Positions 44,050 through 60,100 of a stretch of 64,000 bases of DNA are shown in pieces (position 1 is the stretch's first letter; each line of letters starts with the position of its first letter). Below the pieces are notes generated by a model. It saw nothing but the letters and a program-made list of their open reading frames with translations. It was not told where the DNA came from and did not search any database. The position numbers were made by a program, and so were the translations under genes. The stretch is taken from the NCBI RefSeq assembly GCF_009914755.1, contig NC_060930.1; one strand, written 5' to 3'. Origin of the DNA: the human T2T-CHM13v2.0 reference genome, Homo sapiens.

Positions 44050-46262
44050 AAAAGGCCCTAAATGCTGTCTGAAAGTCATGCTAGATGCTCCATTCCATTA
44101 ACTTTTTACTCCCCCAATTATGTCCTATCTTCTCAAAGCACTAATGCTTCCTCTCTCATCTCTTCACTCTCATCTGATCAGTTTGCTTCCTACACTAGGT
44201 AGAAAATGGAAGCCGTTAGTTGGGTACTTCTACAAGCTCTTACCGCCATATTCAACTACCTACCTGCAGCAATGCCCACGTATCTTGCTTCCTTTCCTCA
44301 CAGCATGGGGGAATGCAGCTCTCTGAACTAAGACCAAGCCCTCCACATTTCTACTAAATCTCAACCCTTCTCACCTACACAAAGGCATTTCTTTAGCAAT
44401 TTTCCCAGCTGTCAGCTGTTTTTTCCAGTTGTTTTCCTGTTTCATGGATTATTGCCTTCAGCACACAATTATTTTCACCATCTTATGAAAGAAAACAAAA
44501 AGAAATACTCACAAAACCCCACTTTTCTCTCTACGTTCTATTTCTTTGCTCTTCTTTACAGCAAAACTCCTTGAAAGACTTGTCTATACTTACTGTCTCC
44601 AACTCCTCTTCTCTTACTGTCTTAAAATCAGCCTAATTAGGCTTTCACCTGTATCAATGCATCCATTCCACTCAAGTTTCTTTTGTCAAGGCCAACAAAG
44701 ACTTTCACATTGCTAAATCCTATCATCAATCCTCAGTTTTCATCTTACTTGATTCTTCAGCTCCTCCTCCTCCTGCTTGAAACACTTTCTTCATTTGGCA
44801 TCCATGACACAAGACTACCTTGGTTTTTCTAACACCCCATGGTCCTCTGCCAGTTCTTCCACATCTTTTCGATCATCTCTCTTCAACCTTCTATTTTTGG
44901 TGTGCTCTGAGGCTCAGTCCTTGAATTATTCTTATCTATGCTTTTATTTTACTTTAAACATCACATATATGCTAACAATCTCTGATTTTTTTAATCACCA
45001 GCTGAGATACCTCCCCTAAACTCTAGACTCTAATATTCAATTGCCTGTTAATATTTAGAAATATAGCAGAATTACAGATTGAGCATGTCCAAAACTAAAT
45101 TCCTGATGTTCGTACTTAAATCTGTACCATCTCAGTACAGGCTACTTCATCCTTTCAGATGTTTAATCAAAAATCATGGAGTTTTCCTTGACCTCTCTCT
45201 TTCTCTCACTGTCCACATATGATCAGTCAACAAATCTCATTAGTTTTACCTTCTAAATATACTGAGAATAGAATCACTTCTCGGACCCTCTCCCACAATC
45301 ACCCTGATCTGATATAATATCATGTCTCAGTTGAGTGACTGCCATTGCCTTCCTGCAGGCTTTTCTGCTTCTATCTTTGCTCTCTACATACCATGGCCAA
45401 TACAGTAACCAGACTGATTCTATTATGAGGTAACGTAGATGAGGTCCTTCCCCTGTCTCAAATCTTGCAAAACTTGTCATCTCATTCAGATTAGAAACCA
45501 AAACCTTCTCTATCAGCTACCAGCAACCAAGTAATCTCCCTCTTCATCATTAATTCACTGATCTCATCTTCTAGTATCTCCTCCCCATTTCTCACTAAGC
45601 TCCAACCACTTGCCATGTCGACCTCCACACCTGCCACCTTGCTGCCTCCAGGCCTTGTACCAGCTATGCCCTTTGCTGGAACACTGTGTCTCTGGCTTGC
45701 TGCTATGTATTTTTCATGTATTTGTTCAAATGTCACTTTCCCAGTAATGGCTACGTGGCTTGCTCCTTATAATTGGTAATTACAATCCACTCCTTTGCTC
45801 CACTGCCCATACCCAATTCATTTTTTCCCATAACAAGAGTAACCTTCTAATATACTACACTAGTAACTTTCTAATAGTAACCTTTGAATATATTTCTAAT
45901 ATTCTACAGTAGTAACTTTATAATAATAGTAACCTTTGAATATACTAGCAATAGTAGCCTTCTAATAGTAACCTTCTAATATACTAGCAATAGTAACCTT
46001 ATAACAGTAATATTCTAGCATACTACCAATAGTGACCCTAATATACTATACTTCTAATATACTACATATTTATACTATTTACCCTATTATAATATTTTAT
46101 CCTATTATAGGGTATAATAATACCCTATATTATTACACTATTTGGTCCCACTAGAAGGTAAGCTTTGTAAAGACTGAGTCTCTGTTTTGTTGACTGCTAT
46201 ATCTTCAGCAACTAGAAAAGTTCCTGGCACATAGTGGGCACTCGATGTCACTGAATAACTGA
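44050..46262 (+). mobile_element. L2a ORF2 and 3' end, long degenerate copy
   Basis: cacattgctaaatcc..tcagttttcatcttacttga; gcatgtccaaaactaaattcctga; 3' end cccactagaaggtaagctttg..cctggcacatagtgggcactc..tgaataactgaa. Confidence 0.85.
45838..46065. repeat. AT-rich minisatellite, 14-mer TAGTAACCTTCTAA and 11-mer TATACTAGCAA units (39-bp higher-order period)
   Basis: Units read directly from the sequence in an A-A-B arrangement. Confidence 0.85.
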
Positions 46263-46424
46263 ATTCCTTCCCTATTGCCCAATAATATTCAGGTATGATA
46301 CTTTATGATTATCTGCCTTAATATAAATTGGGGGGGTAGATGTTTGAAGAAACTAATGTTTTAATCTAAGTATTTTATATGTCGTGAATATGGTCTTATT
46401 TCATTTTGAACTGTGGAAAGGCCA

Positions 46425-46630
46425 TAGATTTGAAGCCACATTGGACTGATATCAAATTCTGGTAGTGCTGCTTATCACCTGAAGAGTGTTCAGAAAATTT
46501 TTTGAGCCAATTATGAAATTGATATAATGAGGGAGCCTGCTATTTAAGGTTTTTGAAAAAAAAAGATGAGCTTGGATTTACATAAAGGATGTAGCACAGT
46601 GTCAGGTCAGACTAGCTGCTCAATAAAAGT
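46425..46630 (+). mobile_element. MIR
   Basis: catagatttgaagccacattggactg..tagcacagtgtcaggtcagactagctgctcaataaa. Confidence 0.6.
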
Positions 46631-48008
46631 CATTCTGGATGTTTGAATTGCATGAAGTACTCAGGTGTGCTAGGACTCATATAAGGTTTAGTATATCATC
46701 CTCTTTCCCCAAGAGAGCACTTTGATGCAAAGGATAGAATCTTACAGGGAAAATTTCTAGTATCAGCAATAATGAAGGAGATTTTCACTGGTGTTGAAAG
46801 GAAAGACAAAAGGAGAGAGATGGGGTAGGAAGAGCACTCTCCGGGGACTCCTCACACCTCATGGAAAACCACTCTCATCAGAACCCACTGTGCCTACCTG
46901 TGCCATAATAGAGTGAGAGGCTGATTCAAGAGCTCATCTGTGACTCCTGTAACACAGAGAAGGACTGTCTTTGAAGATTAACATCCTACTAGCGTGTCCC
47001 CCAAAGAGATTCATGCTGAAAGAGAGAAAAGACAAGCATGCAGGGGAGGGCAGAGTTGAAGAGAGACAAGAAACAAAAACTAGAAATCATTTATTGTGTC
47101 ATAATTCCTGTATTAACACCTGAATGGCTAACATGCATGCCCTGAGGCATGTTAAATGAGAAATTTCAAAGACTGTAAATATAAGAAAAATGAGAACATT
47201 CGACCCTAACAGTTGGGATTCACAGGCAGGCAGGCAGCAGTTGGTACATATAAGCCCACACAAGTGGAGAGACACTTGTTCCCAACATCCCCCTCTCTTT
47301 AATAAGCCAATAAATATTGATTCTGACCTGGTTGCCACTTGTTCTCCTAACATCTTCTTTCATTCCAAGTCTTCTCGAAACTATAAAAAGCTAATTTCCA
47401 GATTCCCAATCTGGCCAGAAGGACTCAGTTTTTCAATCAGATCTCCCAGAGGCCTGAGAGCAATCATTATGAATGAGAAAAGGCATTTTGTATTCTCCCC
47501 AGCTTGCTCGCAGACAGAAGGAGCAGGGCTGGTTACCTACGGAGGCAATGCTGAAATTAAAACACTTGTACCTGCTACGCATCTTGGACAGATCAAAGAA
47601 GACGCTGGGCAGCAGCCCGACACCCAAACAGAGGGTCAGCCGTCATCGTAAAGTGCAGCTTTCAGGTTAACCTTATGATCAAAAAGTTAAAAATCATCCT
47701 CGTTTCTCACTGCCAGGCTTTTATCTCAGGCAATACAGTTCCAAAGAATGTGATTTTGAACAACATACATGACGACTAAATTTGAGTTTTAGAAAAACAT
47801 ACAACTGGAAGGAGAAACTCGACCTACATTTTGAGGCAAGTTTTCATTTCTTAGAGTTCCTCAGTAATCGATAAGAATGTATTGAGAAGCTACTGTACAC
47901 TTAGCACTGTTGAAGTAGGTCATCTGGGCACAGATGATAATTACCAGACAGTTCCCTAACTCAAAGAGATTTCACTAATTGAAAAGACAGAGAAGCGTGT
48001 GCACTTAG

Positions 48009-48165
48009 AGGTTGGTTCTTAACATTTTTGGGGTCATGGAGCTCTTAGAGAATCCAGTGCCAGTTACAGAGGTCTGTTATAGAAAAATTCAATTCTTTAC
48101 CACATTTCAGAAATTCTACATATCTCACGGACCCCTCTATGGCCCCAGATGAGGTTAGACTTCCC
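48009..48165. mobile_element. hAT-Charlie MITE (Charlie4z/MER117-like)
   Basis: ggttcttaacatttttggggtcatggagctcttagagaatc..tcacggacccctctatggccccag. Confidence 0.55.
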
Positions 48166-48441
48166 ATCACACTTTCCCATAGCACCTTTACCTCCTCTTT
48201 GGAAGCACATATCATATGTTTAAAGTGTGCATTTCCTGCGTTGTCACTGGCACCTAGTAGAGTTCTCTCACATAATAAATATTGTTGAATAAATAACTGA
48301 ATCAATAAGCTTAAGAATGCCTGCATTGGACAGTCTAAGAGGCAGAGCATTGATGCTGAACAGTTCAGGCTTTTCTTAGGTATAATAGATTATAGTAATA
48401 GAAAGTTCTTGTGAACTAGAGTGTTAAAAAAGGCATCGTGA

Positions 48442-48809
<368 letters not shown>

Positions 48810-49445
48810 TTATATGGGGACAGCAAAGAAATGAAAAAATCATATCACCAAATCATGACCTAAGAATGAGGACCTCTTTTGGTTGGAGAATGAATTGGTG
48901 TCCTGGACTGGAGAATCAAGATATCAGCTGTTCTCTAGCTATGATGGAAAAGGAGCCTTAAAAGAGAGAGAAAAGAAAAAGGATACCTGGGGTGCCTGGA
49001 ATCAATGAAAATCACAACACCTGGAGTTGGAAAGCTGGTAAGAGCCAAGGGAATCCTAACATTTGGACGATTTGGATCACAGACCAATCTGTAACTCTGC
49101 TGCAATGAATCTCTTCTCCCAAAAGGCTTTTGCATTGTTTGACCAAATTCTGGGGAGACAGCACTGATAGGAAGAACTTATGTGGTTACATGTCTGGCCC
49201 ACGTGTACCAGAAACACATAAACAGAAGATTCGCCCCCACAGCTTCTGTAGTTAGAGGTGGCAATGAGACGTAGGCACAGAGGAGACACTAAGAATTGCA
49301 CTCCTACAAACTCATTGATCCATTTGTTGATTCAGCTGGAAGTCAGGTGCTTACAGGAAGTGGAGGAACAAGCCAGTTACATCCTATGTAAAAATAGGCA
49401 TGATAATAACAACTGCTTAAATGTTTGAGGAAAATTATATTACTA

Positions 49446-49524
49446 TTAGGTTGGTGCAAAAGTTATGTGGTTTTTGTCATTGAAAGTAATGGCAAAAACC
49501 ACACTTACTTTTGCACCAACCTAA
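49446..49524. mobile_element. MADE1 (Hsmar1 MITE), full length, inside a MIR
   Basis: TTAGGTTGGTGCAAAAG...CTTTTGCACCAACCTAA near-palindrome with TA TSDs at 49444-49445 and 49525-49526. Confidence 0.93.
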
Positions 49525-50117
49525 TAAATAAGATAATCCAATGAAAGCTTTTAGCTTGCTACTTGGTATATGCCCGATAAATGTCTATTATTGTTGTTAT
49601 CATATTATTTGACTAGATACGTATGATAAGATTTGGGCACCCAAATGTATTTAACCTCAGGCTCTAGATGTATCTTATATTTAGTTCTACATCCTGAAGA
49701 CACAAGAGGGAAAAGAAGAAAGCAAATGGTGAATCGGTGAATGCTACAGAGAAACTCACTTACTCACACACTTTCTAAGAAAAAGATAACCAGTAGCATC
49801 ACCCTCCAGAAGAATGCAACCTAATATCTCCCAAAGCCTAGAATCGATCTTTCCTTATTCTTTTCCTACTGCTTCAAAGTCTAGGCGAGTTGCTTACCCA
49901 CAGGAGGGCTCTCCCAGATGCACGCTCTCCCCTGTTTACCACAACTCAGTTGCCCTCTAATCTACCATTTGAGTGTGAGTTTAACCAAAATCTAACCCAA
50001 CATAACTTAGATTGGGTATACGCAGAGCAATGTAGAGTCATATAAAGATTTAATTAAACATTTTAAATGTTATTTGCCTAACACTTCTTTATGTTTCAGA
50101 GTCCTGCCTCTGTGATA

Positions 50118-51322
50118 CAGTCACATACCACATAATGATATTTCAGTCAATGATGGACTACATATTACACATTAGTCCCATAAAATGATGATGGCACTGA
50201 AAAATTCCTATGGCCTGGTGGCATCATAGCCATCAAACTGTCATAGTGCAAAGCCTTGCTCATGGGCTTGGGGTGATGCTGGTGCAAACAAACTTCCTGT
50301 GCTGCCAGTTGTATAAAAGTCTAGCACACATCAATATGTAGAGTATACAATATGTGATAATGATAATAAACGACTGTGTGATGGGTTCATGTATTGACTA
50401 TACTACACTCTTAATTGTTATTTTAGGGTGTACTTCTTCTACTTATTAAAAAAAGTTAACTGTGAACAGCCTCAGGCAGACCCTTCAGGAGGTATCTAGA
50501 AGAAGGCATTGTGATCATAGGAGATGACAGCTCCATGTGTGGCATTGCCCCTGAAGACCTTCCAGTGGGACAAGATGCGGGAGAGCTTGAAGACAGTGAT
50601 GCGGATGATCCTGACCCTGAGTAGGCCTAGGCTAAAGCGTGTGTCTGTGTCTTAGTTTTTAACAAAAAAAGTTGAAAAAGTAAAAAATAAAATAAAATGT
50701 TTTAAAAATAGAAAAAGGCTTATAGAAAGATATAAAGAAAAAATATTATGTATAACTGTACAATGTGTTTGTGTTTTACATCTTATTACCAAAGAATGAA
50801 AAAGTTAAAATAAATTGAAAAGTTAAAAGTAAAAAAGTTACAGTAATCTAAGGTTAATTTATTATTGAGAAAGTAATTTTTTAAATAAATTTAGTGCAAC
50901 CTAAATAGTGTACAGTATTTATTAAGTCTACAGTAGTGTACACTAACGTCCAAGGCATTCATATTCACTCACCACTCACTCACTGACTCATCTAGAGCAA
51001 CCTCCAGTCCTGTAACCTCCATTCATAGTAAGTGCCCTATACAGGTGGACCATATTTTCTTTTATACCATATTTTTACAGTACCTTTTCTGTGTTTAAAT
51101 ATGTTCAGATACACAAATGCTTACCATTGTGTTACAGCTGCCTACAGCATTGAGTACAGGAACATGCTGCCCAGGTTTTCAGCCCAGGAGCCACAGGCTA
51201 CAGTGGAGTAGGCTATCCATCTAGGTCTGTGTAAGTGCACTCTGTGATATTTGCGTATCAGTGAAGTCATCTAAGGACACACTTCTCAGAACACGTCTCT
51301 ATCATGAAGCATTGGATGACTG
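50118..51322 (+). mobile_element. Tigger3b, full length (~1.2 kb)
   Basis: CAGTCA...TGACTG termini with TA TSDs at 50116-50117 and 51323-51324. Confidence 0.9.
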
Positions 51323-51458
51323 TATATTCTCACACTTCCTCCCATGCTTCTTGAGGGCAGGATCTTCACTTTCAAGCAGCAACGTAATCCTATCCCATGG
51401 GAGGGAGAGTGTGACTAAGCCTTTTTCACTCACGCTCTAATTGGTCTCCACCATTTCT

Positions 51459-51796
51459 TTTTATTATTATTTATTATTTTTTTATTTTATTTTATTTATA
51501 ATCAGGATTTTATTTTGGAATAATATGTTCTCACTCATAGGCGGGAACTGAACGATGAGAACACTTGGACATAGGGCGGGGAACATCGCACCCGGGGGCC
51601 TGTTATGGGGTCGGGGGAGGGGGGATGGACAGCATTAAGAGAAATACCTAATGTACATGATGAGTTGATGGGTGCAGCACACCCACATGGCACATGTATA
51701 TATGTATGCAACAAACCTGCATGTTGTGCACATGTACCCTAGAACTTAAAGTATAATTTAAAAAAAAAAGAAAAAGAAAACATTTTCTAGAAACTA
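51459..51796 (-). mobile_element. L1PA5/6-like insertion with 5' inversion and short 3' transduction (L1 sequence at 51525-51780 reads +)
   Basis: 16-bp TSD GGTCTYCACCATTTCT at 51443-51458 and 51797-51812; T-rich tail at 51459-51497; unique 26 nt containing a minus-strand AATAAA; inverted L1 3' end with its own A tail and 16 nt of flank. Confidence 0.75.
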
Positions 51797-53199
51797 GGTC
51801 TTCACCATTTCTATAATGGATGCAATTCACCTCAGAGAAAAGTCTCTACCATCTTCTTTACTACATTCCTCCTCTTCCTTTGACACTGGAAGAGGGTGGG
51901 TGATGGGAAGGACGAGGGATACATAGACAACATTGTTGGGATTTGGGGAATGAAGGCAAAGCAGAGAAGAAGTAGGGAAAACCTTATACTGCTTTCCTTT
52001 TCCAACTTCCCATACCCTAGCCCCTTACCATAAATAATGGGAAGCAACATGACTGACTGAATCAAAGGCTATGAATAGTTTTTCTCACCCTCATTAAGAC
52101 AAACACACTGAATATTAAGTTGCAACCACCTTCATAAGCGCATGTTACTTAACAGCCAAGGAGTAGTTACAAAGCTTTTCACATATTCTTAAAAGCATCC
52201 AATACAGTAAAACCTTGCATGCTTACTCAAAAGATACTGTGCTGAAAACAGATCCCATCCAATAAGGTGAGAATACTCAACTCCTTATTTACGGCTAAAG
52301 ATGAACAGACTTAGGCCCATGATGTATGCTTATAATGATTTTCTATCATCTTGATTTGCCCATATACAGCCTTCTCTAAATCAGCAAAGAAGGACATTAT
52401 CAAAAGCATATGGAGTGTCAACAAAGACTTAATCCAAAAATCAGGGAATATTCTGAAAGTACAAAGCTGATGATCACTCACAAAGATGTTGATGTCCTTA
52501 TGTCTATTCATTTATCTGTTTGAATCAAAGGGTTAGTGGAGGAGGAGGGGGAAGGATGGGAGAAGCCTAGGCATGATTAACAATAGGTGCAAGACAGGAT
52601 GAGCTAGATTAAACTGCTCCATATGCAAATTATACAAGTCTGATTGCATCAAACCATGCCCAGTTTAATGAGTACAGTAAGACGCCTTTATCTCTGCTTG
52701 GATATGTTCCTAAAAGGAAGACTGCTCCCAGATAAAGCACGGTTTAATAAGAAGATTTTTCATTACAGAGTCGATGAACATTTGCATATCTCTCCCTGAG
52801 CTTGGGGCCTCTTCTCTATGTTGTGTCTCAGTCTCTTTCAATCTCTCGCCTGTTTTTCTCTCCCTCTGTCAAATTCCCTCCCCTTGCACCCACCAGCCTG
52901 TCTCTTATTCACATGGCTATTCTCATTCCTCATTTTTTTTTTCGTAAACTGAAGTCAGTAAACATTTGCATGTTGTTGGCATATATTTTAGGAATGTGTA
53001 TACTCAGTGCAAATTAAAGAGAGTCCTACACAGATGAGATTAAAATCTTTAAAATATGATTTGAGCAGTTATTTATCTCAGAGGTTTTTCAATTTGTTTA
53101 ACATTGCCATGTTTTAAAAATTCTGCAAGTGGTTATTTAAATATGTTCTGGTAATTTACTATTTATATATTTCTTTTAGTTTTGTTTTTTATTTTCAGC

Positions 53200-53445
53200 T
53201 CACTGAATTGGCGTGTAGGTTTAGAACACATGTTAGGAGCACAAGCTTTGGAGTTTGCAGCCCTGCTCTACAGCCTACACACATGTAATCTTGGAAAAGT
53301 CACTTAACCTGTCTACCCTCATTTTCCTCATTTATGAAATGGTGACAATAATATCTATTTGTAGAATTATTTAAGGATAAAATTTTTTAATGTATATAAA
53401 GCAATCAACACAGAGCATGGCATATTGGACCTGCTAAATTATGGA
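53200..53445 (+). mobile_element. MIR
   Basis: aatcttggaaaagtcacttaacctgtctaccctcattttcctcatttatgaaatgg. Confidence 0.8.
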
Positions 53446-53454
53446 TGTTTTTCT

Positions 53455-53734
53455 TTTTTTTTTTTTTTTGAGATGGAGTCTCACTCTGTTGCCCAGGCTG
53501 GAGTACAGTGGCACGATCTCGGCCTCACTGCAACCTCCGCCTACCAGGTTCAAGTGATACTCCTGCCTCAGCCTCCCGAGTAGCTGGAACTACAGACGCG
53601 TGCCACCACGCCCAGCTAAGTTTTTGTATTTTTAATAGAGACGTGGTTTCACTGTGTTAGTCAGGATGGTGTCGATCTCCTCACCTTATGATCCACCTGC
53701 CTCGGCCTCCCAAAGTGCTGGGATTACAGGTGTG
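53455..53734 (-). mobile_element. AluSc-like, slightly 5' truncated
   Basis: T tail; caggatggtgtcgatctcc; TSD tgtttttct/tgttttgct. Confidence 0.9.
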
Positions 53735-53789
53735 TGTTTTGCTTAATAGTACAGTTTCTCCAAAAATATTAAATGTATAACTACATGCC

Positions 53790-53870
53790 TGATATATACT
53801 ACATATATGTACACACATACATAAACACACATGCATGTACATATAAATATATATACGTGTATGTGTGTGT
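53790..53870. repeat. (TA)/(CA)/(TG) mixed microsatellite
   Basis: Alternating purine-pyrimidine tract. Confidence 0.7.
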
Positions 53871-54420
53871 GATTTGGCTGCATCAACATAGCTAAGCCGA
53901 ATTTCATATCCCTATAATTCCCTCTCTGATTCACTAGAGACATTTCACACAAGATTTGGAAGGCAGAAGTCGGGCAGCAGCTATGTTACTTTTAACTCTT
54001 AGAAGGTCAGAACAGGGCTTAGGACAGTATATGCAACTTGTACGTTGTCTCTTATTTTCTGCCTTAGTGGATCAGCATAGGGCTGACTTCTAGCTTGCTC
54101 AGCTTCCAAACCAGATGTATGTTTAGCTTCATAGTGAGGGACACCTGTATTGTCAAAGTTACAGGCTTAGAGCAGGCAAGAGACCATCTCAGCCTCCAGT
54201 CCAGCCTATTGCATGTCCGTGGCCATCTTCTCTTACTGAATGGATGAACTAGGGACTTCCAGCTCTTGCACCAAATAGAAACAAGTCACACATATACAGT
54301 GTAAGCTGCTCCCAACATTCCATGTAAGATAAAATCCTTATTTTATTTTTATATATGTATCCCTTTGAGACATAATTAATACCTTAGATAAAAATAATGA
54401 CTCTCAAATGAGCTAATGCT
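53866..54420 (+). mobile_element. ERVL LTR (LTR52/LTR40-like)
   Basis: atagctaagccgaatttcatatccctataattccc..aagatttggaaggcagaagtcgggcagcagc. Confidence 0.55.
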
Positions 54421-54654
54421 ATAAAAATCAGTATTTTACAGATTACCAAGCACTGCAAAGTAGTTGCTTCCACATGTTTTTTTCTAAGACTGAAAGCTCA
54501 CTGATGACAACCATGTCAGATTTGTTTCCATTCCCTGCCCTTAACGCTGAGGCTTAGTACTAAGTTTTTGATCAATAAAAAATTTTCATTGCAATCAGTA
54601 TTTTAGAAATATTGCAGTGGTAGAATAATTTCTAGAGGGATAGGTGGGTTAGGT

Positions 54655-57132
<2,478 letters not shown>

Positions 57133-60100
57133 AAAGTATCAGAGTTCCACCAAGCAAGGCCTGATGTCAGAACAAGTTTCCGGTTCCAGGAGAGAGCACA
57201 GGTTCTAAGCAAGGAAAACTAAACAAAAGCCCAACTTGCAAAACAAAGTGAAGCTTCAGGCTACAGGAACATCCTGGGCAATTCCAGAGTATGAGTACCA
57301 AATCTGTTGACACTAAGATTAACTGAAGATCCAGTTACACAAAGAAAATTAGAATCCTTTCTCTGCCATGATTTATTCAATTCTGGGCCTATGAATGCAA
57401 ATTATTCAACAGTGGGTGGCATTTAAGGAGCTTGAAAAGACACAGGTAGGGAATATCCTCAGACATATGAGAATAAAAATGTCAAGATATGCTATGTACT
57501 TGAAATTTACCAACATTCAAATTCAGGAAATGCAGAGAATCCCTGCAAAATAATTCACAAGAAGATCATCCCCAAGACACATAATTATCAAATACTCCAA
57601 GACTGAAGTGAAATAAAAATGTTAAAGGCAGCTAGAGAGAAAGGACAGGTCACCTACAAAGGCAAGCCCATCAGACTAACTGGATCTTTCAGTAGAAACC
57701 TTACAAACCAGAAGAGATTGGGGCCTATATTAAACATTCTTAAAGGAAAGAAATTTCAACCAAAAATTTCATATCCAGCCAAACTAAGCTTCATAAGCAA
57801 AGGAGAAATAATATCCTTTTTATACTAAAAATGCTGAGGGAATTCATTACCACCAGACCTACCTTACAAGAGCTCCTGAAAGAAGCACTAAATACAAAAA
57901 TGAAAGACCATTACCAGCCACTAACAAAAACACTTAAGTACACAGACTAGTGATACTATAAAGTAATCACATAAATAAGCCTGCATAAGAACCAGCTAAC
58001 AACACAATCACAGGATCAAATTCACACATGTCAATACTAACTTTGACTGTAAACAGGCTAAATACCTCCAATTAAAAGGCACAGAGTGGCAAGCTGGATA
58101 AAGAAGAAAGACCCTATGGTATGCTGTGTTCAAGAGACCCCATCTGACATGCAATGACACTCATAGGCTCAACATAAAGGGATGGAGAAAAGTAAACCAA
58201 GGAAATGGAAAATAGGAAAAAGCAGGGGGTGCAATGCTAGTATCAGATGAAACAGACTTTAAACCAACAAAGATCAAAAAAGACAAAGAAGGGCATTACA
58301 TAATAGTAAAGGGTTCAATTCAACAAGAATGCCAAACCATCCTAAATGTTCATGCACCAAATACAGGAGCACCCAGATTCATAAAGCAAGTTCTTACAGA
58401 GCTTCAAAGAAACTTAGACTCCCACACAATAATAGTGGGGGACCTCAACACTCCACTGAAAGTATTAGATAGATCATCAAGGCAGAAAATTAACTAAGAT
58501 ATTTAGGACCTGAACTCAACACTGGACCAAACGAACCTGATAGACATCTACAGATCTCCCCACCCCAAAACAACAGAATATGCATTCTTCTCATCACCAC
58601 ATGGCACATACTCTAAAATTGACCACACAATTGAATATAAAATAATCCTAAGCAAATGTAAAAGAACCAAAATCATACCAACCACACTCTCAGACCACAG
58701 TGCAATAAAATAGGAAATCACGATTAAAAAATCACTCAAAACCATACAACGACATGGAAATTAAACAACCTGCTCCTGAATGATGCTCTTGAATGATGGT
58801 TAATAATGAAATTAAGACAGAGATCAAGAAGTTCTTTGAAACTAATGAGAACAAAGATACGTCATACCGGAATCTCTGAGACATAGCTAAGGAGTGTTAC
58901 AAGGAAAATTTATAGTACTAAATGCCAACATCAAAAAGTTAGAAAGATGTCACACTAACAATCTAACATTACAACTAAAAGAACTAGAGAAGCAAGAGGA
59001 AATCAATCAAATCAATCCAAACCAAGAGGAAATCAACCAAATCAACCCAAAGCTAACTGAAAGCAAGAAATAGCAAACATCATACATGAACTGAAGGAGG
59101 TTGAGACCAAAAAAAACATTCAAAAGATCAATAAATCCAGGAACTGGTTTTTTGAAAAAAAAAAAAAAAAAAAGATAATAAGATAGACTGCTAGCTATCT
59201 TATTAGCTAGACTAATAAAGAAGAAAAGAGAGAGGATCCAAATAAACACAATTAGAAATGACAAAGGGAATATTACCACTGACCCCACAGAAATACAAAT
59301 AAACATCAGAGAATACTATAAACATATCAATGCACACAAGCTTAAAAATCTAGAAGAAATGAATAAATTCCTGAACATATCCTCAAGACTGAACCAGGAA
59401 GAAATTGAATCCCTGAACAGACCAATAATGAGCTCTGAAATTGAATCAGTAATAAATAGCCTGTCAATGAAAAAAAAAAGCACCCAGAACTAGATGGATT
59501 CACAGCTAAATTTTACCAGATGTACAAAGAAGAGTTGGTACCATTTATACTGAAACTATTCCAAAATATTGAGGAGGAGGGACTCCTCCCAAACTCATTC
59601 TATGAGGCCAGCATCATTCTGACACTGAAACCTGGCAGAGACACAACAAAAAAGAGAAAACTTCAGGCAAATATTCTTGATGAACACTGATGCAAAAGCC
59701 TTCAACAAAATATTAGCAAACAGAATCCAGCAGCACATCGAAAAGCTAATCCAGCACAATCAAATAGGCTTTACTGGTGGGATGCAAGACTGCTTCAGCA
59801 AGACTGCTTCAACATATGCAAATCAATAAACATGATTCATCACATAAACAGAACTAAAAACAAAAACCACAGGGTCATCTCAATAGATGCAGAGACATGA
59901 TAAAAGAACATACCTCAAAATAAGAGCCATCTATGACAAACACAGTCAATAGCATACTGAATGGGGAAAAGCTGGAAGCATTCCCCTTCAAAACTGGTAC
60001 AACACAAGGATGCCCTCTCTTACCACCGAGAGCAGTTAGGCAAGAGAAAGACATAAAGGGCATCCAAGTAGGAAGAGAGGAAGTCCAAATATCCTTTTTT

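Noticed and set aside
45838-46065. CRISPR-like repeat array
   Set aside because: No unique spacers and no cas genes; a eukaryotic minisatellite.
57470-57509. TSD for the L1PA15 (agaataaaaatgt vs agaataaaatgt at ~63546)
   Set aside because: AT-rich, imperfect and separated from the L1 start by ~27 unexplained nt; plausible but not supportable.
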